From positions 5,813,299-5,877,298 of the forward strand of contig NZ_CP051167.1 in NCBI RefSeq assembly GCF_012295525.1: a DNA stretch of 64,000 bases. The letters run 5' to 3'. The position numbers were made by a program, and so were the translations under genes. Origin of the DNA: Oxynema aestuarii AP17. Its GTDB lineage: Bacteria; Cyanobacteriota; Cyanobacteriia; Cyanobacteriales; Laspinemataceae. The notes beneath the pieces are model-generated. The model had not been told where the DNA came from and searched no databases. It was given only the letters and a program-made list of their open reading frames with translations. Shown here piece by piece: positions 49,493 through 59,308 of the stretch (the stretch's first letter is position 1; every line of letters begins with the position of its first letter).

Positions 49493-50341
49493 ATGAAATT
49501 TAACTTAGGGTGTCAACTCAGCTATCAAGTGGACTCTTGGAGTACCTTTGTCTTTAACTTGCGGGTGGTGGAAACTAACTATCAAAAACTCCTCAACGAA
49601 TTACTGGAAATTTCACCGGACATCGAGATCGACGAATACTATTCTCCCTTTTCAGAAAATCGCTATTTTCGCCTCAACGTTCCGGCAAATACGCGCTTGC
49701 AATTGTCCTACTGGGCGAAGGTAGAAATGTCTCATTATTATGGCGATCCGGGAACGATCGCCGAAGTCGCCCCGGCGGATTTGCCTGTAGAAATGCTGCA
49801 CTATCTCTATCCGAGTCGTTACTGTCAGTCCGATCGCCTCTTGCGGTTAGCCGATTCCGAGTTCGGGCATTTAGAACCGGGATACTCGCGGGTAACGGCA
49901 ATTTGTAACTGGATTTACGAGAAAGTGATCTATCTTTACGGGTCGAGTAACCCCCATACTTCCGCTTACGATACGGCGACGGAACGCCAAGGAGTCTGTC
50001 GAGATTTTGCTCATTTGGGGATCGCCTTTTGTCGGGCTCTCAATATTCCGGCGCGGTTCGTTTCTGCTTACGCCTACGGGTTGGAACCGCCGGACTTTCA
50101 TGCGTGTTTTGAAGCTTATTTAGGCGATCGCTGGTACTTGTTCGACGCGACCCGCCGCGCCCCCCAAAATGGCTTAATCCGGATTGGAACCGGACAAGAC
50201 GCCTCCGATGTTTCTCTCTCGACGATTTTCGGGGCAGTGCAGATGCAGGAAATGAAAGTATTTGTAGAATACCTGCCCGCATCGACGGCGACCTCCGACG
50301 AAATCCCGCAATTGACGACCAAGGCGATCGCGATTTCGTGA
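49493..50341 (+). CDS. transglutaminase-like cysteine protease superfamily protein (with Bact_transglu_N-like N-terminus)
   Basis: The Cys motif QGVCRDFAHLGIAFCRA is present. The downstream His is in PDFHACFEAY. The Asp is in YLFDAT. Confidence 0.75.
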   Translation: MKFNLGCQLSYQVDSWSTFVFNLRVVETNYQKLLNELLEISPDIEIDEYYSPFSENRYFRLNVPANTRLQLSYWAKVEMSHYYGDPGTIAEVAPADLPVEMLHYLYPSRYCQSDRLLRLADSEFGHLEPGYSRVTAICNWIYEKVIYLYGSSNPHTSAYDTATERQGVCRDFAHLGIAFCRALNIPARFVSAYAYGLEPPDFHACFEAYLGDRWYLFDATRRAPQNGLIRIGTGQDASDVSLSTIFGAVQMQEMKVFVEYLPASTATSDEIPQLTTKAIAIS

Positions 50342-50724
50342 ATCTCGATTTGTGAATTCCCCGGCGACAGGGTGAGATCGCGCCGTGTCGCCCGTTTGAG
50401 CTGCGAAGGAATAGGGGGTTTTGCCCCTCACCCGATAGAAAAACATGGCATACTCGAAAAGAAACGCGCGATCGCCGCCTTACGGTTGTCAAAGCGATGG
50501 GGCGATCGGGTGTGGGCGCCGAGTTCGACGCCGCCGAGATCGCGCCGACAGGGGGGTTATTTTTCGAGACGGCATCCCGTTAGCAGCGATCGATCTATGG
50601 TGCAAAATAGAAAATGGACGATCCAAAAACATCCCTCCACCCCCGCCAGTACCTTCGTCAGGTTCGCAACGCCGGAACATTCAACCGTTTTAGGAGATTC
50701 GTGTTTTCTAACTTGTGGAACCGA

Positions 50725-52647
50725 ATGAGCAAACAATTGCCGGACTTAACGCCGATAGGGGTCGTGGCGATCGCCGCCCTATGCACTACGAGTCTCCTCG
50801 TCGGCGTGCGGTCTCTCGGTGCCTTACAACGTTGGGAACTGCTGGTTTTCGATTGGATGATTCGCCTGCGTCCCGACGATCCCCCAGACCCGCGCTTGTT
50901 AGTCGTCGGCATTACCGAAGACGACCTCAGCCGCTTCGGCTGGCCCTTGAGCGATCGTACCTTAGCCCAAGCCTTAAACCAACTGCAACAGCACGATCCG
51001 GCGGCGATCGGCCTCGATCTTTACCGTAACTTATCCCAACCTCCCGGTTACGAGGAACTGGTCGCCGAACTGAACGCCCCCAACCTGATCGGGATCGAAA
51101 ACGACAACGTAGATCCGCCGCCGACCCTTCCCGAAGCCCGCATCGGCTTTAACGATTTAGTCAGCGACCCGGACGGTCCGATTCGGCGCAACTTGATGAC
51201 CTTCGAGATCGAGGGCAAAACCCGCTATTCGTTCTCCTTGCGCCTCGCCTTGCACTACCTCCAACTCAAAGGCTTGGCGCCGGAAGTGAGCCCGACCGGG
51301 GCGATCGTCTGGGGTAAAGCCGTGTTTGAACCGCTCACTTCTACCTCTGGCGGCTACGCCACGATCGACGCCAAAGGGTATCAAATTTTACTCAACTATC
51401 GTGCCGAAGATCGAGCGGTGGAAACGGTCACCCTGTCCCAAGTCTTGGATCGTCAAGTACCGCCGGAGTGGATCGAAGATAAAATCATCGCGATCGGCAC
51501 GATCGCCCCGAGTATCGGCGACGTACACTATACTCCCTACAGCTCCACCAGCAGCCATCCCTTCATGGCGGGGGTCGTGATTCACGCCCAGATGCTCAGT
51601 CAACTCCTCAGTGCAGTTATCGACGGGCGGCCCTTGTTCTGGTTTTGGTCGGAGGGGGTGGAAATCGCTTGGATTCTGGCGTGGACTGTCGGCGGCGCGG
51701 CGATCGCCTGGTGGTGCCGCCATCCGTTGCTGTTAGTCGCGGTCAGCGCCGGAGGGATCGGCGTCTTGGTTCTGACCACCTGGGGCATTTTCCTAGCGGC
51801 GGGTTGGATACCGTTCGTGACCCCCGTGTTGGGGTGGGCGATCGCCGGATCGGGCGTGGTCGCCTACCGCGCCTACCAGTCCGGACGCCAGCAGCAAATC
51901 GTGATGAAACTGCTCGGACAAAGTACCTCGCCGGAAGTTGCCGATGCCTTGTGGAGTAGTCGCGACCACTTGCTCAAAAATGGCAAACTCCCCGGTCAAA
52001 AGCTAGTCGCGACCATGCTGTTTACCGACCTCAAAGATTTCAGCACGATTTCCGAGCAAATGCCTCCGGAAGCCTTGCTCGAATGGCTTAACGAATATTT
52101 AGAAATGCTCACCGAGGTGGTGCAAGAACATCACGGGATTATTAATAAGTTTACCGGGGATGGGATTATGGCGGCGTTCGGGGTGCCGATCGCCCGCCAG
52201 CAGCCCGAAGAAATTGCCGAAGATGCCTATAATGCGGTGTCTTGCGGTTTGACGATGAGCGATCGCCTGCAAATCCTCAATCGCGAGTGGCAACAGCGCG
52301 GGTTGCCCGTGATTCAGATGCGCGTCGGCATTTATACCGGACCGATCGTCGCCGGAAGTTTGGGGGGGAAAGAACGGCTCGAATACGGCATGATCGGCGA
52401 TAGCGTCAACATCGCCTCGCGGTTGGAAAGTTGTGAAAAAGATCGTCAGTCGAGTATTTGCCGGGTATTGATCGCCCGGGAAACTTTGACCCTGATTCGC
52501 GAGCAGTTTGTAGTGGAACATTGGGGACCGCTCGCGTTGAAAGGGAAACACCAGATGGTTGACGTTTACCGGGTTTTGGCCCGCCAGCAGAAAACTGGGG
52601 AAGTCCCGGTCGAACCTCCGGTGGATTTTCCCCAACCGAAGCGGTAA
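50725..52647 (+). CDS. CHASE2 sensor domain - class III adenylate/guanylate cyclase
   Basis: The N-terminal TM helix and CHASE2 region are present (LVFDWMIRLRPDD...FGWPLSDRTLAQAL). Three further TM helices follow. The cyclase domain has FTDLKDFST, KFTGDGIMAAFG and GDSVNIASR. ATG at 50725. Confidence 0.8.
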   Translation: MSKQLPDLTPIGVVAIAALCTTSLLVGVRSLGALQRWELLVFDWMIRLRPDDPPDPRLLVVGITEDDLSRFGWPLSDRTLAQALNQLQQHDPAAIGLDLYRNLSQPPGYEELVAELNAPNLIGIENDNVDPPPTLPEARIGFNDLVSDPDGPIRRNLMTFEIEGKTRYSFSLRLALHYLQLKGLAPEVSPTGAIVWGKAVFEPLTSTSGGYATIDAKGYQILLNYRAEDRAVETVTLSQVLDRQVPPEWIEDKIIAIGTIAPSIGDVHYTPYSSTSSHPFMAGVVIHAQMLSQLLSAVIDGRPLFWFWSEGVEIAWILAWTVGGAAIAWWCRHPLLLVAVSAGGIGVLVLTTWGIFLAAGWIPFVTPVLGWAIAGSGVVAYRAYQSGRQQQIVMKLLGQSTSPEVADALWSSRDHLLKNGKLPGQKLVATMLFTDLKDFSTISEQMPPEALLEWLNEYLEMLTEVVQEHHGIINKFTGDGIMAAFGVPIARQQPEEIAEDAYNAVSCGLTMSDRLQILNREWQQRGLPVIQMRVGIYTGPIVAGSLGGKERLEYGMIGDSVNIASRLESCEKDRQSSICRVLIARETLTLIREQFVVEHWGPLALKGKHQMVDVYRVLARQQKTGEVPVEPPVDFPQPKR

Positions 52648-52913
52648 CCGACGATCGCCGCCGGGGATCTGGATCGCGATCGCACAAAAGTAGTGGCCGC
52701 GATCGCACTGACCTCCCCCACATTAGAGTTAACAATAAAGTGGTGCGTTCCGTTCCCCCCACCCTCGGGCCACCCGTTCCGCCGACGGCTCAAGATCGAT
52801 CCCGATCGGGACAAGCTAGCGCGGCGAAGGCTTCGCGAAAGTCCCCGGGGCGATCGCCGACATCGGAAATGAGGCGACCGTCATCTACTCTATCTCCCAA
52901 GGAGAACGTCCTC

Positions 52914-53747
52914 ATGTGTTGCCAACCGATTGTTAAACTATCTATCCTAGCGGTCTCGATCGCCTGTTTGAATACGGTGGGGGCTGCCTTTCCCGTCCGG
53001 GCAGTCGAATTCAATCCCCCGGATGTGGGCACCCCGGAACGCCGGGTCGGAGGCGGAACCCGCAGTGGGTCGCCTTCGGAAATCGATACTCAAGTCGGCA
53101 TTTTTCAACCGCGCCAATCCGGCGCCCCCGATCGCCGCATCGGTGGCGGCAGTCGCGGCTGTAGTGTCGGCGAAAACGGCGAATCGGGCCAACCCCTGAC
53201 GGCGATCGTGCCGGAAAGTTTGGTCGGCTTGACCGTTTCCCAAGCGCCTACGTTTTTCTGGTACGTCCCCAAACACGACGCCCCGGCGGTCGAATTTGCC
53301 TTGCTCGACGAAGAACGACAAACTGTTATTTACGAAACCACCTTTCAAACTCGGGGACAAGCGGGATTGATTAGCCTGCAACTCCCGGAGAATGCCAATT
53401 TAATTCCCTTGGAACTCAATAAAAAATATCGCTGGTATTTTTCGATCGTCTGCGATCCTGAAGATCGGGCCGGAGATATTGCCGTCGAAGGGTGGATTCA
53501 ACGGGTCGAACCGAGTGCCCAACTGCAAGAGCGACTCGCCGCCGCGCAATCGGACGGCGATCGCGCCGCCATCTACGCCCAAGAAGGGATCTGGCACGAA
53601 ACGATCGCCTTACTCGTCCAACAGCGTCTCGCCGATCCGGACAATCCCCAGTTAGAACGGGAGTGGAATCAACTCTTACAATCGATCGGCCTCGACCATC
53701 TCGCCCAACTGTCTCTCTGGGAAACTTCCGAGGCGCGCGTTCCGTAA
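52914..53747 (+). CDS. secreted protein, possibly DUF928 family (often paired with CHASE2 proteins)
   Basis: ATG at 52914 is preceded by a Shine-Dalgarno-like aggagaa. The signal peptide is MCCQPIVKLSILAVSIACLNTVGAAFP. The family call is from memory only. Confidence 0.5.
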   Translation: MCCQPIVKLSILAVSIACLNTVGAAFPVRAVEFNPPDVGTPERRVGGGTRSGSPSEIDTQVGIFQPRQSGAPDRRIGGGSRGCSVGENGESGQPLTAIVPESLVGLTVSQAPTFFWYVPKHDAPAVEFALLDEERQTVIYETTFQTRGQAGLISLQLPENANLIPLELNKKYRWYFSIVCDPEDRAGDIAVEGWIQRVEPSAQLQERLAAAQSDGDRAAIYAQEGIWHETIALLVQQRLADPDNPQLEREWNQLLQSIGLDHLAQLSLWETSEARVP

Positions 53748-53895
53748 CTCAGAGCAGTACGAGACCGTCGCGATCGCTTCGCGACGCCAACGGCGTGTCG
53801 AGATTTCGGCTTTTTATTGACAAATTTATAAAAATATGATATTAGGCCGATGGAGTCGAGGGAGAGCGAACGGCTGACCCTCGACCTTCCCAGAC

Positions 53896-54996
53896 TTAGC
53901 GAAGCTCTTCGAGCAGAGCATCGACTTTTTCGACCCCCTCGCTCACCCCTTGGGCTTCGTAAAGAGAGCGAGCTTTTGTCAAGATTTCGATCGCCTCGGC
54001 GGCGCGATCGCGTCCCTGGAGGGCGACAGCTAAATAATAGTAATAATCGGGATTATCCCCATCGAGTTCGGTCAACTGACGGAAAGCGACGATCGCTTGC
54101 AGAAAATCTTGCTTCTCTAAGTGAATCGCGGCGATCGCCTCGTGAGCTTCCGTCAGTTGCGGGTCGATGCTCGCCGCCCGTTGGTAGCTTTGGAACGCCG
54201 CGTCCATTTGCTCGCGATCGCGTAAAATCCGAGCGATCTGCAAGTGAATTTGAGCATTGCGCGGTTCGAGTTGCGCGGCATTTTTAAACCGTTCCAACGC
54301 CTCATCCACCTTACCCTGGGCCAGGAACGCCGCCGCCAAATTAATCTGAACGCTACTCTTGCGCGGCGCCAACGACTCCGCTTGTTCGAGGGCTTCCATC
54401 GCTTCCTCAATGCGTCCTTGTTGCAGCAGCGCCGCCCCAATCGACTCGTAAGCCTGCCAGTAGCGCGCGTCTCGCGTAGTCACCTGCTGGTAAGCGCGCA
54501 AAGCCCCTTCGTAGTCTCCCTCGCGCAACAGCACCACGCCCAAGCCGATATAGGCATTCAAATTCTCGGGATCCAACTGAGCCGCGCGACGATAGGCCAG
54601 TTGGGCGCCTTGATTATCTCCTAAATGGGCCAGAGAAAAGCCCAACGCATATTGAAAATCCGCATTATTCGGTTCCAACGCCACCGCCTGACGGTAAGCA
54701 TTCGCCGCCGCTTCGTAATTTTCCCGGCGGGCTTGTAAATAGCCGATCCCCGAAAAAATACGGGGATTTTCCCGGTCCAAGACCACCGCTTCTTGATAGA
54801 TAGCCAGCGCCCTTTCAAACTCCCCAGAATCGACCAATTCTCGACCCTGACGCAGCAGTTCTTTGAGTTTTTGGTTATTTTGGGTATTGTTTTGTGCGAT
54901 TTTCACCCCGTCGTCAGCGCGGACAACGGCGGGGTTGACAGTAGCAATACCTCCTAATAACAGGAGACTGACGACAAACAAGGTCTGCTTTTGCAC
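53896..54996 (-). CDS. TPR-repeat protein with N-terminal signal peptide
   Basis: The signal peptide is MQKQTLFVVSLLLLGGIATVNPAVVRA. Eight or more TPR units fill the rest, with the pattern A...Y..A......N..A...LG. Confidence 0.8.
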   Translation of the reverse strand: MQKQTLFVVSLLLLGGIATVNPAVVRADDGVKIAQNNTQNNQKLKELLRQGRELVDSGEFERALAIYQEAVVLDRENPRIFSGIGYLQARRENYEAAANAYRQAVALEPNNADFQYALGFSLAHLGDNQGAQLAYRRAAQLDPENLNAYIGLGVVLLREGDYEGALRAYQQVTTRDARYWQAYESIGAALLQQGRIEEAMEALEQAESLAPRKSSVQINLAAAFLAQGKVDEALERFKNAAQLEPRNAQIHLQIARILRDREQMDAAFQSYQRAASIDPQLTEAHEAIAAIHLEKQDFLQAIVAFRQLTELDGDNPDYYYYLAVALQGRDRAAEAIEILTKARSLYEAQGVSEGVEKVDALLEELR

Positions 54997-55426
54997 GGCC
55001 TATTTTCTCTCGTGTTGCTATGATTGCTCAGTATTACAGTTGAGGCGTGCTGACAACCGGGAAAGCCCGGATTTGAAAGCACCTCGTCGATCGCAGTGAC
55101 ACGGATCCGTCGAGAGATCGCCATCAATGGATGGCACCTTTTATGGCAACTTCACTGCGATCCGAGCGGGTGGCAAAACGCCAGTAGGGGAGTGGATGGG
55201 AGGAGTAGACTTCGACCAGGTTTCCCCCGAGCGACAAGGGGGGCGATCGCGTCTCCATCCTTCTCGGTGATGCCAAGCAACCGCTATCCCCTGCAACCCA
55301 GCCATCGGGTTGACTTAAGCCTCTAGATTTTCGCCTCCACTCTAGAAAACGGCGGCGAAAACGGCTTGAGTTCACTCGTCCTCTCCAGACTGAAGTCTGG
55401 GGATTTGCAAGCTTACAGAGGTTCTC

Positions 55427-55756
55427 ATGATTTTATCAACAACTGACGTGATTCAAGGGGCCGTGGTCAAATCTTATTTGGGAGTGGTCACCGCCGAAGT
55501 GGTGTACGGAAGTAACGCCCTGCGCGATTTTTTTGCGGGCATTCGCGATATGATTGGCGGACGCACGGGCAGCTATGAAAAAGTCTTCAAACAGGGTCAA
55601 GAAGAAGCGATCGCCGAACTCGAACAACGGGCGCGCGCTTTGGGCGCCAATGCGGTGATCGGTATTGAAATCGATACGGGGACGATTAATATCGACGATC
55701 GCGGCGCCTTACTGCTGATTACGGCTTCGGGGACGGCGGTTTCCCTCGAACAGTGA
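55427..55756 (+). CDS. YbjQ/UPF0145 family protein
   Basis: A 109-aa protein reading MILSTTDVIQGAVVKSYLGVVTAEVVYGSNALRDFFAGIRDMIGGRTGSYEK. This is the typical YbjQ pattern. Confidence 0.75.
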   Translation: MILSTTDVIQGAVVKSYLGVVTAEVVYGSNALRDFFAGIRDMIGGRTGSYEKVFKQGQEEAIAELEQRARALGANAVIGIEIDTGTINIDDRGALLLITASGTAVSLEQ

Positions 55757-55768
55757 ATCCGTGGGTCT

Positions 55769-56227
55769 TTAGCGCTGGCGCGCGTACCGTCCGACCAGTT
55801 CCGACTCGGCTAAAATATGGCCGTCGATCGCCTGAAGCAGTTCGGCTTTCGTGGCGCCCGGTTTGAGGTCGAGGACGCGATCGAGGGCGTAAAGCTTGAA
55901 AAAATAACGGTGGGTCCCACTGGGGGGACAAGGCCCACCATAACCGATTTTGCCAAAATCATTTTTACCCTGAACCCCCCCAGAAGCGAGCCGATCTCCG
56001 AGGGGAACCCCTTCCGGGAGATCGCGCGTTTCCGGGGGTAAATTATACGCTACCCAGTGAACGAAGGTGCGCCCCGGGGCGTCGGGGTCGTCGGTAACGA
56101 TCGCGAAACTGCGCGTTTCCGGTGGCGGGTCGTCCCAAGATAATGGCGGCGAGACATCGACCCCGTCACAGGTGTATCGAGGGGGAATCGAGGCGTTCGC
56201 TTCAAAGGCACGACTTTGCAAGTTCAT
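55769..56227 (-). CDS. YbhB/YbcL-family phosphatidylethanolamine-binding protein (PEBP)
   Basis: The DPDAP motif and GTHRYFFKLYALD are present. ATG at 56227 has a purine-rich RBS. The annotated GTG at 56347 would add 40 aa. Confidence 0.75.
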   Translation of the reverse strand: MNLQSRAFEANASIPPRYTCDGVDVSPPLSWDDPPPETRSFAIVTDDPDAPGRTFVHWVAYNLPPETRDLPEGVPLGDRLASGGVQGKNDFGKIGYGGPCPPSGTHRYFFKLYALDRVLDLKPGATKAELLQAIDGHILAESELVGRYARQR

Positions 56228-56625
56228 GGTCTTATTCCTTTTTAAATTGGTTTTAAATGAATGGGGGGCGGGGCGACAACCCTCGATCGGTAACAGATTG
56301 ACCCCAATAACGATCGCCGCCCCCCCGCAAAAGCTTCGACGGTTCACGAGTGCTTCCTCTGTGGTGGCGATCGCCTTCGATTGTAGCGTTCGGGTCGTGG
56401 TGCGAGTGAGGCTTACTTCATCGGCGTCGTTCTCGGCGCCGCTCGACGGCGGAGTGCTCCGACGGCGCTGTTATTTTAGATTTTAGAGGAAGTTTCGATC
56501 GAGATGGCTCGTAGGATTCGCGATCGCGTTCCCTCGAACTTCCGCGTCGTGACCCCCATCCCCCAACTGCGATCGCCAGGGTAGCTGCTACATCGGGCTG
56601 AATGCATCTTAATTAAGAGGAAGAT

Positions 56626-57999
56626 ATGTCGCCATTAAATCCGATTGAGGAAGTGGTCCGCGATTTAGAACGCGATCCGAATTTAATCCGCATTAAAAAA
56701 TTATTAGTTTGTGTTTGTGAGGGAAAATGGGAAAACAATCGCGAAACCCTCGACGATCTCGATCTTCTCCACCTGCTCGAAACCGTGAAAGAACGCGCGC
56801 CCAATTTAGTCCAACTGCGTTCGATCCTGGGGGAAATTGTCCGTAAACTCAACAAACCCAAACCTTACAGCGTTTTGGCGCAAGCGCTGATTAAAAAGGT
56901 GGGAAAAATCTATCCGGACTCTCCCGACGACGAGCGATCGCGCGATCCCCAACAGGAACTTAAACCCGACCTGTTCAAAGAAGGAGATACCGGACAGCGT
57001 AGCGACTTCAATCGTACCCTCGACAGCGATCGCAAAATTGCCCCGGAAACCCTTTACAATCTCAAATATAAAATTGTCCGGCATACCAGTCCCCTGCGCG
57101 CCAAAATCCTAATCTTCTCCACCCTTTACCATCCCTTCAGTTTCAGCGATCGCGACTGGATCGCCCTCAAACAAAAACCCCTCGACCTGCTTTTAACTCA
57201 ATTATTTGCGAGTTGTAAAAACCTCACCGAACTCGAAGCCGAACTCTACATTACCGCCCGGGCGATCGATAATTCCGACGAAAACTTGCAAACCGCCAGC
57301 GTCGTCGTTCAATATCTCATTCCCCTCTACGACGACCTCCCCGACACCGACGAAGACGATTCCGGCGTGCTCGACGGCGAAGACCTCTCCGAAGCCACCA
57401 ACGGGGACGGCGATGACGACCGTCTCGAACTGCAAGCCTCTCGCCTGATGACCCCCGAAGCGCCTTCAGAGCCGCTAGAAGCCCGCGATCGCCCCGAAGA
57501 CTTCGAGCGCCCCGAAGCGCCGCCGACCCCCGCTCCCGAGCCTGTCAGCGCCTCCTCAGCCCCCTCGAAAAGCGTACCTGCACCCCCCGCCCCGGTCGAA
57601 GCGATCGCCCCGACCCCAAGCGATCGTCCGGTGGCAGACCCAAACAGCAGCAGCCCGGGTAAATTTTCCCTTCAAAACTTAGACGGCGATGACGTTTCCG
57701 AACTGCATAAAAAACGGGTCGCCGAACAAATTCAAAGAATGGTGACTTACAGCGTCAATGATGTCACCAGCTTTATCGAAAATCAATTACACCAATTAGA
57801 ATTAAAATTAGAAACCCGCTTGCTCGGTCGCGACTTAGAAGAATCCCTTTCTTTAAAATACGAAGCGTTAGGAGATTTTATCGTTCGCGTCAAATCCAGT
57901 ACCTTGCAGTTTTTAGAAGTTTTAAGTCAATTAGAAGAAGGGGAAAGAAAGCAGTTTCTCGATCGCGTTTCCGACTCAAACAAGCGCGAACAGCCCTGA
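56626..57999 (+). CDS. acidic, Pro-rich hypothetical protein (457 aa)
   Basis: ATG follows gaggaagat. The middle is low-complexity D/E/P-rich. The C-terminus is a coiled coil. No domain recognised. Confidence 0.5.
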   Translation: MSPLNPIEEVVRDLERDPNLIRIKKLLVCVCEGKWENNRETLDDLDLLHLLETVKERAPNLVQLRSILGEIVRKLNKPKPYSVLAQALIKKVGKIYPDSPDDERSRDPQQELKPDLFKEGDTGQRSDFNRTLDSDRKIAPETLYNLKYKIVRHTSPLRAKILIFSTLYHPFSFSDRDWIALKQKPLDLLLTQLFASCKNLTELEAELYITARAIDNSDENLQTASVVVQYLIPLYDDLPDTDEDDSGVLDGEDLSEATNGDGDDDRLELQASRLMTPEAPSEPLEARDRPEDFERPEAPPTPAPEPVSASSAPSKSVPAPPAPVEAIAPTPSDRPVADPNSSSPGKFSLQNLDGDDVSELHKKRVAEQIQRMVTYSVNDVTSFIENQLHQLELKLETRLLGRDLEESLSLKYEALGDFIVRVKSSTLQFLEVLSQLEEGERKQFLDRVSDSNKREQP

Positions 58000-58070
58000 C
58001 GACGCTATTTTCCGAGTCAGACAAAGACAGGCACAATAGGATCGGGCGTTTTAGGGGAAAATAGACCACA

Positions 58071-59069
58071 ATGGATGCTGAGGAAATTCTCAGGCGATAC
58101 AATGCAGGCGAAACCGACTTTAGAGGCGCCAACCTGCGATCGGCTCATCTCCAAGGCGCGGATCTCATTGGTGCCAACCTCCGCAGTGCCGACCTTCAGG
58201 GGGCTAATTTAATTCTCGCTTACCTCAGTCGCGTCAACTTGAGTGCGGCTTATCTCGTCACTACCCGCTTGTGCGGCGCCATTCTCAATCAAGCCAACCT
58301 CATCGGCGCCAACTTGAGCGATGTAGACCTGCACGGAGCCAGCTTGCAAGGGGCAGACTTGCGCCGCGCCAATCTCACGTTAGCCAATTTACTCGATGCC
58401 AACCTCAGCGATGCGGACCTTCGCAGTAGCAACCTCAGTGGGGCTTGTCTGCGCGGCGCCTGTTTGCGCGGGGCGAACTTACGCCACGAAAAGCGAATTT
58501 ACGATCCGGCGAACTTGCGCGGGGCCGACCTGTCCGGCGCCGACCTGCGCGGGGTCAATTTGGTGGGGGCGGATTTGACTAAAGCGGATTTATCTTATGC
58601 CAATTTGACGGAAACGAACTTGCGCGGGGCCAATTTAAACCAGGCAAATTTGTATAGCAGTTTGCTCAAAGGGGCAATCTTGTCCGATGCCAATCTCGCC
58701 GAAGCGAATTTGCGCTGTGCGGATCTCACTCACGGCAAACTGGAACGAGTTCACCTGACCCGAGCGGATTTGAGTGGGGCCGTGGTGACGATGGCGATTT
58801 TGGCCGATGCTCGTCTGGATAAGGCCAATTTGCAAGGGTCTAACCTGACGGCGGTCAATTTCACCCGGGCGGACCTCAGCCGCAGCGACTTGTCGTTTGC
58901 AACCTTGGAAGAGGCGAATTTATGTGAGGCATATTTGGCGCGCACGAATTTGACGGCGGCGAATTTGACCCGGGCGAATTTGATTCGGGCGGAAATGAGC
59001 AGTGCGAATTTAACTGGGGTGAATTTTAAGGGAACGACGATGCCGGACGGGGAAGTACGATCGCGCTAA
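58071..59069 (+). CDS. pentapeptide-repeat protein
   Basis: A(N/D)L(x)GA(N/D)L repeats run throughout the protein. Confidence 0.85.
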   Translation: MDAEEILRRYNAGETDFRGANLRSAHLQGADLIGANLRSADLQGANLILAYLSRVNLSAAYLVTTRLCGAILNQANLIGANLSDVDLHGASLQGADLRRANLTLANLLDANLSDADLRSSNLSGACLRGACLRGANLRHEKRIYDPANLRGADLSGADLRGVNLVGADLTKADLSYANLTETNLRGANLNQANLYSSLLKGAILSDANLAEANLRCADLTHGKLERVHLTRADLSGAVVTMAILADARLDKANLQGSNLTAVNFTRADLSRSDLSFATLEEANLCEAYLARTNLTAANLTRANLIRAEMSSANLTGVNFKGTTMPDGEVRSR

Positions 59070-59308
59070 ACTGCCGGATATTGCGCTTTAGTCCGGGACA
59101 GATCCTCGTAAAGTCCCGGTAAATATAAAGTGAAAGGGCAGATCGTGAGGAGAGGGAGATTCGTGGCCGAGTTCGAGGCGATCGCAATCGGCAGGGATCG
59201 GTGCTGTGGTCGCTGGGGCCTTGCTGTCGCACTACGGCAAGCGGGACTCAAGGGAGTCAAGTGCATTCCTCCACGATCGATTTGGAAGGACACGGCAATG
59301 CCGGGTCC

